Below are positions 11,931-20,928 of a DNA stretch of 64,000 bases, one piece after another. Source of the DNA: Abditibacterium sp. (GTDB taxonomy: Bacteria; Armatimonadota; Abditibacteriia; Abditibacteriales; Abditibacteriaceae); NCBI GenBank assembly GCA_965246885.1, contig OZ251992.1:2016001-2080000 (forward strand), written 5' to 3'. A model generated the notes under the pieces. It made no database searches. It saw only the letters and a program-made list of their open reading frames with translations, and was not told where the DNA came from. Both the position numbers and the translations under genes were made by a program. How positions within the stretch are numbered: the stretch's first letter is position 1; each line of letters starts with the position of its first letter.

Positions 11931-11963
11931 GGAGGGGAGTCTGACACTGCAAGCCGAGAGCGT

Positions 11964-12884
11964 TTACCCAAAACGGCCCGTGATGTAATCCTCGGTGCGC
12001 TTATCCGAGGGATCGGTGAACATCTTGGAACTGGAATCCATCTCCACCAGTTCGCCGAGCAGGAAGAAGGCGGTCTTGTCGGAGCAACGCGCGGCCTGCT
12101 GCATGTTGTGCGTCACGATGACGATGGTGTACTGCGAGCGCAGTTCGCGCATTAGCTCCTCAATTTTCAGCGTGGAGATGGGGTCGAGCGCGGAGCACGG
12201 CTCGTCCATCAGCACGACTTCGGGCTTGGTAGCCAAGGCGCGCGCGATGCACAAGCGCTGCTGCTGGCCGCCCGACAAGCCGAGCGCGGATTTCTTCAGG
12301 TCGTCCTTGACTTCGCCCCACAGTGCCGCGCCCACGAGCGACTCTTCGATGATGTCCACGAGCGCCGAATGGTTGCGGATGCCGCGCAAGCGCGGGCCAT
12401 ACGCGATGTTGTCCCAGATGCTCATCGAGAACGGGTTGGGCTTTTGGAACACCATGCCGACGCGCTGGCGCAGTTGCACCACGTCCACACCGCGCGCGTA
12501 GATGTCCTCGTTCTCAAGCCGGATGTCGCCGGTAATTTTGCAATTCTCGATGAGGTCGTTCATCCGGTTGAGGCACCGCAAAAACGTGGACTTGCCACAC
12601 CCGGAGGGGCCAATCAGCGCGGTGATGGTCTTTTCGGGAAACACGGCGCTGACGTTTTTGAGCGCCTGCTTGGGGCCATAGTGCAGGTTGACGGTGGTCG
12701 CCGTCATTTTTGTAGCGGCATTGGTGGGCGCTTGTCCGGCGTTTTCGCGGGCGCTCACGGCGACCGATTGGTTCATGGCGCGGTCGGCGGCAGTTCCATT
12801 TTGCACGCCCGCCGCGATGTTGGGTTTAGGTTCGGCCACAGGTTGTTCCCCTTGGGTTTTGTTGGATTTTGTCGAAGCCAGCAT
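11964..12884 (-). CDS. pstB: Phosphate ABC transporter ATP-binding protein
   Basis: [33 protein letters not shown] and YITGRFG motifs. Confidence 0.97.
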   Translation of the reverse strand: MLASTKSNKTQGEQPVAEPKPNIAAGVQNGTAADRAMNQSVAVSARENAGQAPTNAATKMTATTVNLHYGPKQALKNVSAVFPEKTITALIGPSGCGKSTFLRCLNRMNDLIENCKITGDIRLENEDIYARGVDVVQLRQRVGMVFQKPNPFSMSIWDNIAYGPRLRGIRNHSALVDIIEESLVGAALWGEVKDDLKKSALGLSGGQQQRLCIARALATKPEVVLMDEPCSALDPISTLKIEELMRELRSQYTIVIVTHNMQQAARCSDKTAFFLLGELVEMDSSSKMFTDPSDKRTEDYITGRFG

Positions 12885-12947
12885 CGGGTTCCTCCCAAGC
12901 GCCTTCCCGCGCCCGGTTGTTCCTTGAGTTAACCGCTTTTTGGCAAC

Positions 12948-13865
12948 TCACGGGTTTCGTGCGCGCGTGGCATAGCGGGCCAGAACGGACAACACGAAGA
13001 TCATCGCCACGAGGACGAACGCGCCGCCCCACGCCAACGCCTGCCAGCGCGTGTCCGGCGAGGCGTATGAGATGTAAATCCGATACGGCAGCGAGTCCGT
13101 CTGCTTGTTTGGGTTGAGATTAAAATACAGCGAGCTGCCCGCCGTAAAGAGGAGCGGCGCCGTTTCGCCGGAAATGCGCGCAATGGCCAGCAACACGCCC
13201 GTCACCACGCCGCCTTTGGCCGTGCCCAGCACGATTTTAAGCGTCGAATGCCAGCGCGTGTCGCCCAGCGCCAGCGCCCCTTCGCGCAGCGACTGCGGCA
13301 CCAAGCGCACGATCTCCTCGGTGGTGCGCATCACCGTAGGAATCATCATGATCCCCAACGCGAGGCCCCCCGCCCACGCCGAAAAGCGAATTGGCTCCGG
13401 CCAGTTTTCCGTCGCTTTGGCGACGGGCAGAACCGCGATGGTGTACACGAACACGCCGATAATGATGGACGGCACCCCATTGAGCACGTCGGTCGCAAAA
13501 CGCACCCAAAAGCCAAAACGGTTCTGCCCGAACTCCGACAGGTAAATGCCGCCCAAAATCCCGACCGGAAGCCCGATGCACGACGCGAGGGCCACGATCA
13601 TCATCGTCCCGACGATGGACTGCTTCAGTCCGCCGCCCGGATCGCCCGCCGGACGCTGAACTTGCGTGAAGAACTCCAGATTCATCACCTGTAAGCCCCG
13701 TACCGTCACGTAGTACAACACCAAAAACAGCGGAATGACCGCCATCAGCGTCGCCAAACCGCACATCACGCGCATGGTCAGGTCTTTCGACTTGCGCCAC
13801 GCTTTGAACCCGCTCGACATCGCTGGCAAAGGGCGCACGTGGCTTTGGGGAAAAGTAGGGTTCAT
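12948..13865 (-). CDS. pstA: Phosphate ABC transporter permease PstA
   Basis: NGVPSIIIG, EGALALG and ARISGETAP motifs; operon position. Confidence 0.95.
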   Translation of the reverse strand: MNPTFPQSHVRPLPAMSSGFKAWRKSKDLTMRVMCGLATLMAVIPLFLVLYYVTVRGLQVMNLEFFTQVQRPAGDPGGGLKQSIVGTMMIVALASCIGLPVGILGGIYLSEFGQNRFGFWVRFATDVLNGVPSIIIGVFVYTIAVLPVAKATENWPEPIRFSAWAGGLALGIMMIPTVMRTTEEIVRLVPQSLREGALALGDTRWHSTLKIVLGTAKGGVVTGVLLAIARISGETAPLLFTAGSSLYFNLNPNKQTDSLPYRIYISYASPDTRWQALAWGGAFVLVAMIFVLSVLARYATRARNP

Positions 13866-13874
13866 GGGTGGGGC

Positions 13875-14873
13875 CTAAGCGCGCACGCTCCCTTGCACTT
13901 GACGGCTCATGTTCCAAATCAACAAGCGCGCGACCGCGTTCACGACGATGGTGATGCCGAACAGCACAAGCGCCAGATACATCAGCGCCGATTGCTGCCC
14001 GCCCGACGCTTCGGCGAACTCGTTGGCCAGCTTGGAGCTAAGCGTCGCGCCCGCTTCCAGAAGCGACATGTTGGCGACGTTGGAGTTGCCAATCACCATC
14101 GTGATCGCCATCGTTTCGCCCAGCGCGCGCGCCAAGCCCAAAATGACCGCGCCGATGATGCCCGACCGCGCGGTGCGAAAGATGGGGCCGCGAATCGCTT
14201 CCCAGTGCGTCGAACCCAAGCCAAAGGCCGCTTCGCGCTGCGTGGCCGGGACGGCCCGAATGACTTCGCGCGACACCGCCGAAATGAACGGCAATATCAT
14301 GATCGCCAACACTAAGCCCCCCGCCATCATCGAGTAACCGTGCGGCGTTCCGGTAAAAAAACCACCCACGACGGGCAACTTCGACCAATGGGCGCCCATC
14401 CACTCCTGCGCCGGTTGCAACGCCGGGATCAAGACGAAACGCCCCCACAAACCGTAGACAACCGACGGCACCGCCGCCAGCAAATCCACCATGAAGCCGA
14501 GCGGCGTGCGAATCCACTTGGGCGCCAACTCCGCCAAAAACACGGCGGTGCCTACGCCAATGGGAACAGCCAACAAAAGCGCCAGAAACGACGACATCAG
14601 CGTGCCATAAATGTAAGGCCACGCGCCGTAGGTGTTGGGATTGATGGCCGCATCCTCGCTGTTCCACAGCGAAGACGTGAGGAAGTTGGCGCCGAACTGC
14701 GCGATGGAAGGCCGGGCCTGCGCGTAAAGTTGCACGCCCAGCCACAGCACCAGCCCCAGCACCAGCGCGGAAAAAGCAAGCGTTGACCAGTAGAAAATCC
14801 CGTCAGCCACGCGCGAATCAAAGGCGCGTTCGCGCTTAAACAACGAGCGGTGGGGCGGCAGTGGAGCAGTCAT
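13875..14873 (-). CDS. pstC: Phosphate ABC transporter permease PstC
   Basis: AAVPSVVYGLWG and RALGETMA motifs; start placed at ATG 14873. Confidence 0.95.
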   Translation of the reverse strand: MTAPLPPHRSLFKRERAFDSRVADGIFYWSTLAFSALVLGLVLWLGVQLYAQARPSIAQFGANFLTSSLWNSEDAAINPNTYGAWPYIYGTLMSSFLALLLAVPIGVGTAVFLAELAPKWIRTPLGFMVDLLAAVPSVVYGLWGRFVLIPALQPAQEWMGAHWSKLPVVGGFFTGTPHGYSMMAGGLVLAIMILPFISAVSREVIRAVPATQREAAFGLGSTHWEAIRGPIFRTARSGIIGAVILGLARALGETMAITMVIGNSNVANMSLLEAGATLSSKLANEFAEASGGQQSALMYLALVLFGITIVVNAVARLLIWNMSRQVQGSVRA

Positions 14874-14900
14874 GGCAAAAGACAAAGATGGAAAGGAGTG

Positions 14901-14927
14901 GTGGGGCGGACACCGTGTCCGCCCTAC
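14901..14927 (-). repeat. GTAG-type REP-like palindrome between pstS and pstC
   Basis: Minus strand reads GTAGGGCGGACACGGTGTCCGCCCCAC, a near-perfect hairpin starting with GTAG. Confidence 0.65.
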
Positions 14928-14940
14928 CAGTTGGCGGCGC

Positions 14941-16077
14941 TTATTTCAAGCCGTCAATGACTTTCAAGTTGGCGTCGGCGACGGCTTTGGGAAGCGGGGC
15001 GTAGTTGAGCGCGGTCGCGTCCTTTTGGCCGTCGGTCATGGCCCACTTCAAGAACTCCTTGAGCGCGGCGCCTTTGGTCGGGTTCTTGGCGTTTTGATAC
15101 GCCAGAACGTAAGTGAAGCCCGACACGGGATAGGATTTGGCCCCTGCCGCGTTGACAATCAGCGCGGTCGGGCTTTTCAACAGGGCATCGCTGGAGCCTT
15201 CGGCAGCAGCAGCAGCACCGTCCACGCTTGGCCCGACGAATTGCCCGTCCTTGTTTTTGACGGCAAGGGTCGAGAGCTTGGCTTTGGTGGCATATGCGAG
15301 TTCGATATAGCCGATGCAGCCGGGGGTGCTGCTGATGGTGGTGGTCACGGCGTCCGAACCTTTGCCCGCCAAGCCTTGAACGGGCCAAGTGACGGACTTA
15401 CCGGCGCCGACCTTGGTCTTCCATTCCGGAGACACTGCCGCGAGGAAGTTGGTGAAAATGTAGCTCGTGCCCGAACCGTCGGAGCGGTGCGCGATGGTGA
15501 TAGGCGTGGCGGGAAGGGTGGCGCCGGGGTTAGCGGCAGCGATCTTGGGGTCGTTCCACTTGGTGACTTTGCCCAAGAAGACGTCGGCGAGGGTGTCGCC
15601 ACTCATCTTCAGGTCTTTGGGCGCGCCGGGCACATTGTAAGCGAGGGCGACGGGGCCGCCGACGGTGGGGATGACCACGATGGGGCCGGGCATCTTCGCG
15701 GTTTCGTCGGGCTTGGGAGGAGCGTCGGAAGCGCCGAAGTCAACGGTTTGGGCCGTCAACGCTTTGATGCCCGCGCCGGAACCAACGGCTTGATAGTCAA
15801 TCTGGGTGCCTTTGGCCGTCTTGTATTCGTCGAACCAGCGCGTATAAAGGAGCGCCGGGAACGTCGCGCCGCTTCCGGTGAGGGCTGCGCCCGAACCCGC
15901 CGAAGTGGTGGTTGAAGCCGTGTTGCCGGTCGTAGCGGAGGTGTTTCCGGTCGCGGGTTTGGGCGCTGCTGTATTGGAATCGGTGGCTGTGTTGGTGTCG
16001 CCGCCGTTGCCGCAACCAGCCAAAGCCGCCGCGAAGCACAAGGTGGTGCCGGTGAAAAGGAGTCGTTGGAATTTCAT
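14941..16077 (-). CDS. pstS: Phosphate-binding lipoprotein PstS
   Basis: LAGC lipobox, GSGATFP, GSGAG, DFGASD and HRSDGSGT motifs. Confidence 0.95.
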   Translation of the reverse strand: MKFQRLLFTGTTLCFAAALAGCGNGGDTNTATDSNTAAPKPATGNTSATTGNTASTTTSAGSGAALTGSGATFPALLYTRWFDEYKTAKGTQIDYQAVGSGAGIKALTAQTVDFGASDAPPKPDETAKMPGPIVVIPTVGGPVALAYNVPGAPKDLKMSGDTLADVFLGKVTKWNDPKIAAANPGATLPATPITIAHRSDGSGTSYIFTNFLAAVSPEWKTKVGAGKSVTWPVQGLAGKGSDAVTTTISSTPGCIGYIELAYATKAKLSTLAVKNKDGQFVGPSVDGAAAAAEGSSDALLKSPTALIVNAAGAKSYPVSGFTYVLAYQNAKNPTKGAALKEFLKWAMTDGQKDATALNYAPLPKAVADANLKVIDGLK

Positions 16078-16124
16078 AATCGGGTCGTGTGGTGCCGAAC
16101 TCGCGTCCAGTGTCGGCGCTTCAA

Positions 16125-16141
16125 TGTTAAGAGGGTGTTAA
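16125..16141 (-). promoter_or_regulatory. Pho box-like direct repeat upstream of pstS
   Basis: Minus strand TTAACA-N5-TTAACA (11-bp period), similar to Bacillus PhoP and cyanobacterial SphR boxes. Confidence 0.7.
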
Positions 16142-16148
16142 CAGCCAC

Positions 16149-16245
16149 AAAAAAAGCCAGAAGAGCAGGCGAAAAGAAGCCAAAAGGAGAAGGGCACTGC
16201 GAGCCAGTTTCCTCTTCCTCACCTCTTTTCGCCGCGTCTTCTGGC
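16149..16245 (-). terminator. Long hairpin plus T-tract after the second pstS
   Basis: GCCAGAAGA..GGCGAAAAGA (from 16156) pairs with TCTTTTCGCC..TCTTCTGGC (to 16245); T7 follows on the minus strand. Confidence 0.65.
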
Positions 16246-16259
16246 CTATTAAACTCCGG

Positions 16260-17270
16260 TTACCGGAGTTTGAGCTTGTTGTTGGTAATCACAGCACGGG
16301 GAAGCGGCGCATAATAAAGCGGCGCGGCCAATTTCTGACCCGGCCCCATCGCCCAGTTGAGGAACTTCACAAGCGCCTTGCCTTTGGGCGTGTTCTTGGC
16401 GTTGGCGTAATACATGATGAACGTGTAGCCCACGATGGGATACGCGTTGCCGCCCTGATTCACCAGCGGCGAGCGCACATCGCGCGCCGTCGCCATCGAA
16501 GCGCCCTGCGCCGCCGCCATTGCCCCCGCGACCGAAGGCAACACGAACTTGCCCGAACGGTTCTTCAGCGCCGCGTAGTGCATGTGGTTGTTGATGGCAT
16601 ACGCCAACTCCACGTAACCGATGGAGCCGGGGGTTTGCTTGACCAAGTCCGCCACGCCGTCGTTGCCCTTGCCGCCCAAGCCGACGGGCCACGACACCGA
16701 CTTGCCCGCGCCATAGGTGGACTTCCACGACGGCGACACGCTCGACAAATACGTGGTGAAGATGTTGGTGGTGCCCGAACCGTCGGAGCGGTGCGCGACC
16801 GTAATAGCTTTGCCCGGCAAGCGCGCGCCGGGGTTGAGGCCCGCGATTTCCGGCGCGTTCCAACGGGTGATGCGGCCCGCGAAAATTTCGGCCAACACTG
16901 GCCCGGACAACTTCACGCCTTGCGGCGCACCATTGACGACAACGGCAACGGCACCCGCAACGGTCGGGACTTGAATGACTTTGCCCGGCATCGTCGTCAG
17001 GTCGGCGTTAGAAAGCGGAGCGTCGGACGCGCCAAAGTCCACCGTTTTGTTGCGCAGTTGCGAAATGCCGCCGCCCGAACCGATGGCCTGATAGTTGATT
17101 TGCACACCAGCCGCGCGGCCATAGGTGCTGAACCACTTCGTATAAAGCGGGTAGGGAAACGTCGCGCCCGCGCCCGACAGCGACTGCGCCGAAGCGAGCG
17201 AGGGAACCAGCGATGTGGCCGTCAACAAACCAAGCGCCAACGCGCGGCGCGAAAGAGATTTCGTGATCAT
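16260..17270 (-). CDS. pstS: Second phosphate-binding protein PstS (non-lipoprotein signal peptide)
   Basis: GAGATFP, DFGASD and HRSDGSGT motifs; signal peptide ending ASA-Q; start placed at ATG 17270. Confidence 0.93.
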   Translation of the reverse strand: MITKSLSRRALALGLLTATSLVPSLASAQSLSGAGATFPYPLYTKWFSTYGRAAGVQINYQAIGSGGGISQLRNKTVDFGASDAPLSNADLTTMPGKVIQVPTVAGAVAVVVNGAPQGVKLSGPVLAEIFAGRITRWNAPEIAGLNPGARLPGKAITVAHRSDGSGTTNIFTTYLSSVSPSWKSTYGAGKSVSWPVGLGGKGNDGVADLVKQTPGSIGYVELAYAINNHMHYAALKNRSGKFVLPSVAGAMAAAQGASMATARDVRSPLVNQGGNAYPIVGYTFIMYYANAKNTPKGKALVKFLNWAMGPGQKLAAPLYYAPLPRAVITNNKLKLR

Positions 17271-17340
17271 AGGTGTAGGTGTCCGGCCCAAGAGCCGAAG
17301 GAGTTGCGCCAGACACTTTGGCGGCGCCCCTTTATCATTG

Positions 17341-17368
17341 TATTAAAAGGAGGTTAACAAAGGATTAA
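17341..17368 (-). promoter_or_regulatory. Pho box-like triple repeat upstream of the second pstS
   Basis: Minus strand TTAATC-N5-TTAACC-N5-TTAATA, 11-bp period, in an AT-rich patch. Confidence 0.65.
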
Positions 17369-17445
17369 GAATCTCGTCCGCCGCCGTCTGGAACGCGCCA
17401 AGGTTGTTGGCTAATCCGATGCTAAAGGGAAGCCGTTCTACCCTT

Positions 17446-18210
17446 ATGTCGTCTGCGCAAGCCCTTATTCGTCATCTCGAAGACAACTCGCTTCCTTTGC
17501 TGCAAGATGTGCTATGCGATGTTCGCGCCACCGGCGGGGCGTCGCTAAGCGGCGTTTCCGATGGCGATTTGCAAGTCGCCCTTTACACCGTTCTCCTCAA
17601 AGTCGTGGACGTTTTGCGCGACAAGGCCGGAAAAAACGACGCTATCCGCCCTGACCTGCGCGCCATCTACTTGCGCTCCGTCCGCGACATGATGAACCTG
17701 ATTGACAATCAAAGCGCTTATACCACCGGTCACACCGAGGCCGTCGTGTCGCACGTGGGCAGTATCGGTGGCATGATGGGGTTGCCCGACGCCGAAATCG
17801 AAGAGTTGGAAGTCGCGGCGTGGATACACGACCTCGGTCTTATCAACCAAAGTCCCCGGTTGGCCTCCCTTCCGCGCACCCTCACCCAGAACGAACTCAA
17901 TGGCGCCCGCCGACACACAACAGTTGGCGCCGAAATGATTCGCCCCGTCGAGTTCTTAGCCCATCTCGTGCCCGTCGTGCGCTACCACCACACCCGCTAC
18001 GACGGCCAGAACACCCCCGGCGAACCCAAAGGCGACGAACTGCCGCTTGGCGCCCGCCTCATCAACCTCGCCGACGCCTACCAAGCGATGCTGGAGCCGC
18101 GCGCTTATCGCCGCGCCCTCACTCGTACTGAAGCCCTTTCCGAACTCGAAAAAGGCGCGGGCGCCCAGTTCGACCCCAACCTCGTCCCCTTCGCCCACAA
18201 CTTAAGCTAA
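17446..18210 (+). CDS. HD-GYP domain protein with degenerate motifs
   Basis: YTTGH, HDLG, HHTRYDG, LPLGAR, ADAY and QFDP motifs. Confidence 0.85.
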   Translation: MSSAQALIRHLEDNSLPLLQDVLCDVRATGGASLSGVSDGDLQVALYTVLLKVVDVLRDKAGKNDAIRPDLRAIYLRSVRDMMNLIDNQSAYTTGHTEAVVSHVGSIGGMMGLPDAEIEELEVAAWIHDLGLINQSPRLASLPRTLTQNELNGARRHTTVGAEMIRPVEFLAHLVPVVRYHHTRYDGQNTPGEPKGDELPLGARLINLADAYQAMLEPRAYRRALTRTEALSELEKGAGAQFDPNLVPFAHNLS

Positions 18211-18218
18211 CGGGCGCC

Positions 18219-18407
18219 GACGGACGTCTGGGAATCGGTGACAGAGTTCTGGCGCTCGAAGACGGACGTCTGAGAACCGGTGACGGACATGCGGGAATAG
18301 CTGACAGAGACGCGGGAATGGATGACAGAGGCGCGGGAATCGCTGACAGACATGCGAGAATCGGTGACAGAGGCGTGGGAATGGGTGACAGACGTCCCGC
18401 ACCGCAA
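18219..18407. repeat. 21-bp-period degenerate repeat array 2 (9 units)
   Basis: GAC(A/G)GA recurs exactly every 21 bp at 18219, 18240, ... 18387; consensus about GACAGACRYGCGGGAATCGGT. Confidence 0.9.
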
Positions 18408-18444
18408 GAATCTCCTCTGCCGTTGCCCGTCACACTTGTCCGGC

Positions 18445-19731
18445 ATGAAAACAGTTGGCATCGGGATTTTAGGATTGGGCACTGTGGGCGGCGGCACCTT
18501 TCAGGTGCTCCATCGCAACCGCGCTTTGATAGAAAAACGCTTGGGCGCACACTTGGAACTGCGCGCCGTCGCCACGCGCACCCCCGCGCGCGCCGATAGT
18601 TGGGGTTGCCCCCCGGAACTTGTCTCGAACGACCCGGACAAGGTGTTGAACGACCCAAACATTGAGATCGTTTGTGAACTCATCGGCGGCATCGAACCGG
18701 CGCGCGAGTATGTTTTGCGCGCGCTCAAAGCGGGCAAGTCGGTCGTTACGGCCAACAAGGAACTCCTCGCCAAACACGGCCCCGAACTGCGCGCCGCCGC
18801 CGACCAAGCCGGGGTAGATCTCCTTTTTGAAGGCGCCGTTGGAGGCGGCATCCCCTTAATTAAACCACTGCGCGAGTCCTTGGCGGGCAACCAAATTGAG
18901 GAAGTCATGGCCATACTCAACGGCACGACGAATTTCATCCTCTCGAAAATGACGCGCGAGAGTGCCGACTATGGCGCCGTCCTCGCCGAAGCGCAGAGCT
19001 TGGGCTACGCCGAAGCCGAGCCGTCCAGCGACGTGGACGGCTACGACACGCAATACAAATTAGCCATCGTTGCTGGCATTGCCTTCGACTCGCCCATTGA
19101 ATTAGACGACATTTACCGCGAGGGCATCACAAAGGTAAGCGCGCGCGACATCGAATACGCGGCGGAGTTGGGCTACGCCATCAAACTCTTGGCCTTGGCG
19201 CGGCGAAACGAGGCGGGCGCGCTCGAACTGCGCGTGCATCCCGCGCTTTTGCCCCACTCGCACCCCCTCGCCAGCGTGAATGAAGCGTTCAACGCCGTTT
19301 GGGTGCGCGGCGACGCGGTCGGCGAAACGATGTTCTACGGGCGCGGCGCGGGTGCCCATCCCACCGGCTCCGCCGTTGTGGGCGACTTAATCGAAGCCGC
19401 CAAAAACCGCTTGCGCGGCGTGCGAAATCTCGACCACGCCCCCATAAATAAAGCCCCGATGCTGCCCTTTGCCCAAGCCGTTACCCGCTTTTGCGTGCGG
19501 ATGCAAGTCAAGGACAAACCCGGCGCCATCGCCCAAATCGCGGGCGTCTTGGGCGACTGCGGCGTTTCCATCGAGTCCATCGTGCAGCGCAAAACCGAAG
19601 GCGGCGAAGCCGAAATTTTCTGGATGACCCACCACACGAATCAACGCGCCATGACCGAATCGCTGTCGGGTTTTGCGGGCTTGGAAGTCGTGCGCGAGGT
19701 CAGTTCGGTGTTGCGGGTGGAGGGGGAATGA
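18445..19731 (+). CDS. hom: Homoserine dehydrogenase with C-terminal ACT domain
   Basis: GLGTVG, VTANK, EGAVGGGIP, NGTTN, GRGAG and DKPG motifs. Confidence 0.96.
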   Translation: MKTVGIGILGLGTVGGGTFQVLHRNRALIEKRLGAHLELRAVATRTPARADSWGCPPELVSNDPDKVLNDPNIEIVCELIGGIEPAREYVLRALKAGKSVVTANKELLAKHGPELRAAADQAGVDLLFEGAVGGGIPLIKPLRESLAGNQIEEVMAILNGTTNFILSKMTRESADYGAVLAEAQSLGYAEAEPSSDVDGYDTQYKLAIVAGIAFDSPIELDDIYREGITKVSARDIEYAAELGYAIKLLALARRNEAGALELRVHPALLPHSHPLASVNEAFNAVWVRGDAVGETMFYGRGAGAHPTGSAVVGDLIEAAKNRLRGVRNLDHAPINKAPMLPFAQAVTRFCVRMQVKDKPGAIAQIAGVLGDCGVSIESIVQRKTEGGEAEIFWMTHHTNQRAMTESLSGFAGLEVVREVSSVLRVEGE

Positions 19732-19734
19732 TCT

Positions 19735-20157
19735 ATGGGCTTTGAGTTTCGCGGCGCCTTCTCTCTCGATGCTCCTGACCTACTTGAACGGGCGGTGCAG
19801 AAGTGGCCCGACGCGTGCGTTAAGCGCATCCGCGCGCCGTTCTACGGTGTGGCGATTCGGTTTGGCGACTACGAGTCCGACAATGAATGCGTCTACGAGT
19901 CCGATCTTGAACGCGTCGCCGCGTTCGAGGAGGAACTGCCGAAATGGACGGCGCAGTTCCCCGACGTGCCATTTGTGTTTGTGAAGACATCATGCTTCGG
20001 TGGCACCTGCACCAATCGCGGTTTCGTTGCTTGCAACGGTGTAGTTGTGTGCCGAGAGGAGGGGCGTAAAGCACTAACGCGCTTGGTCAGGGCTTTGGGC
20101 GCGAGGCTCAACTACCGCGAGCGTTTCGCGCCGCTTGAACGCGGATGGTGGACATGA
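19735..20157 (+). CDS. Hypothetical protein
   Basis: 140-aa ORF starting 3 nt after hom on the same strand. Confidence 0.6.
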   Translation: MGFEFRGAFSLDAPDLLERAVQKWPDACVKRIRAPFYGVAIRFGDYESDNECVYESDLERVAAFEEELPKWTAQFPDVPFVFVKTSCFGGTCTNRGFVACNGVVVCREEGRKALTRLVRALGARLNYRERFAPLERGWWT

Positions 20158-20550
20158 TCAGGTGTCCAAACCCGCGAGCGCGTTCAACACGCGGTTGGCG
20201 CGAAGCAGATTGCGGCGCGTAAGTTTTCCGAGTTCATCCACCCGTGTTCGATAATCCACTTGATTGCGTGTGGCGCGCATCGTGGTGAGTTGCTCGCCGA
20301 TTTCGCGCTATTGCTCTTCCCGGTGGAACACGAAAAAGTCGGCGACGGCTTGATGGGCTTCGCCATGTGGAGGGATTTGATGGGATGGGTGACGTTGGCG
20401 GAGCCACTGTGCAGCAACGTTAAAAGTGGCGTAGTAGGAGCGGCTTGCGGCTGAGCGCAACAGTGCCTCGCGTTTTTGGCCGCGCTCCCCCGACGCTTGC
20501 TCCTGAAGTTCGTTGGCCAAGTCGAGCAGTTCCTCCCAGTTGAAGTTCAT
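20158..20550 (-). pseudogene. HEPN-domain protein interrupted by an in-frame TAG at 20308-20310
   Basis: MNFNWEELL..RSAASRSYYATF..H..V [TAG] REIGEQLTTMRATRNQVDY..TGA; the frame stays open for 49 codons after the stop. Confidence 0.8.
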
Positions 20551-20903
20551 TGCTCTGCCCCCAGAAACTCGAAATCTACTGCGAGGTGGCGGCGCACTGG
20601 AAGACTGTGAGCGAACCACCAGTCGTGGCGAAAGCGGTCAAGAGCCTCGACGGGTTGCATCCAATCTTCATCCGCGCCGCGCCAACCCGCCAGCGCCCAC
20701 AACTCCATTTCGCGTCCCGTTTCGGGGTCGCGCTCCAACCGCAACCGAAGCGGCGCGTCGGGAAAGTAGTGGTGTAGCACGGGCGCCATGTCGTGCAAAA
20801 TCGGAATCAATCCGAGACGCTCGGCCAAAAATGACAGCGCGCCGACCTCGATCTCATACTCCGCGCCCAGCGCCTCGATTTCCTTTAGAATGGTGATGCC
20901 CAT
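20547..20903 (-). CDS. Putative antitoxin partner of the HEPN protein
   Basis: Acidic 118-aa protein (YFP..L.L..DPE...LDRF..DWW); its stop overlaps the HEPN start (ATGA). Confidence 0.6.
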   Translation of the reverse strand: MGITILKEIEALGAEYEIEVGALSFLAERLGLIPILHDMAPVLHHYFPDAPLRLRLERDPETGREMELWALAGWRGADEDWMQPVEALDRFRHDWWFAHSLPVRRHLAVDFEFLGAEQ

Positions 20904-20928
20904 AAACAGAGTTTATGGGCATCAGGCG

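Noticed and set aside
18207..18497. Heptad-repeat ORFs over the arrays (SVTDSRM.., TEARESV.., also 34241..34534, 52900..53199, 52953..53369)
   Set aside because: A 21-bp period keeps several frames open by default. The equivalent frame has stops in arrays 1 and 5, and the ORFs overlap real genes. A coding origin is not excluded but is unsupported.
20308..20310. Pyrrolysine or genome-wide TAG recoding
   Set aside because: TAG ends normal genes here (e.g. mreB, rnz) and no pyl genes are present in the window.
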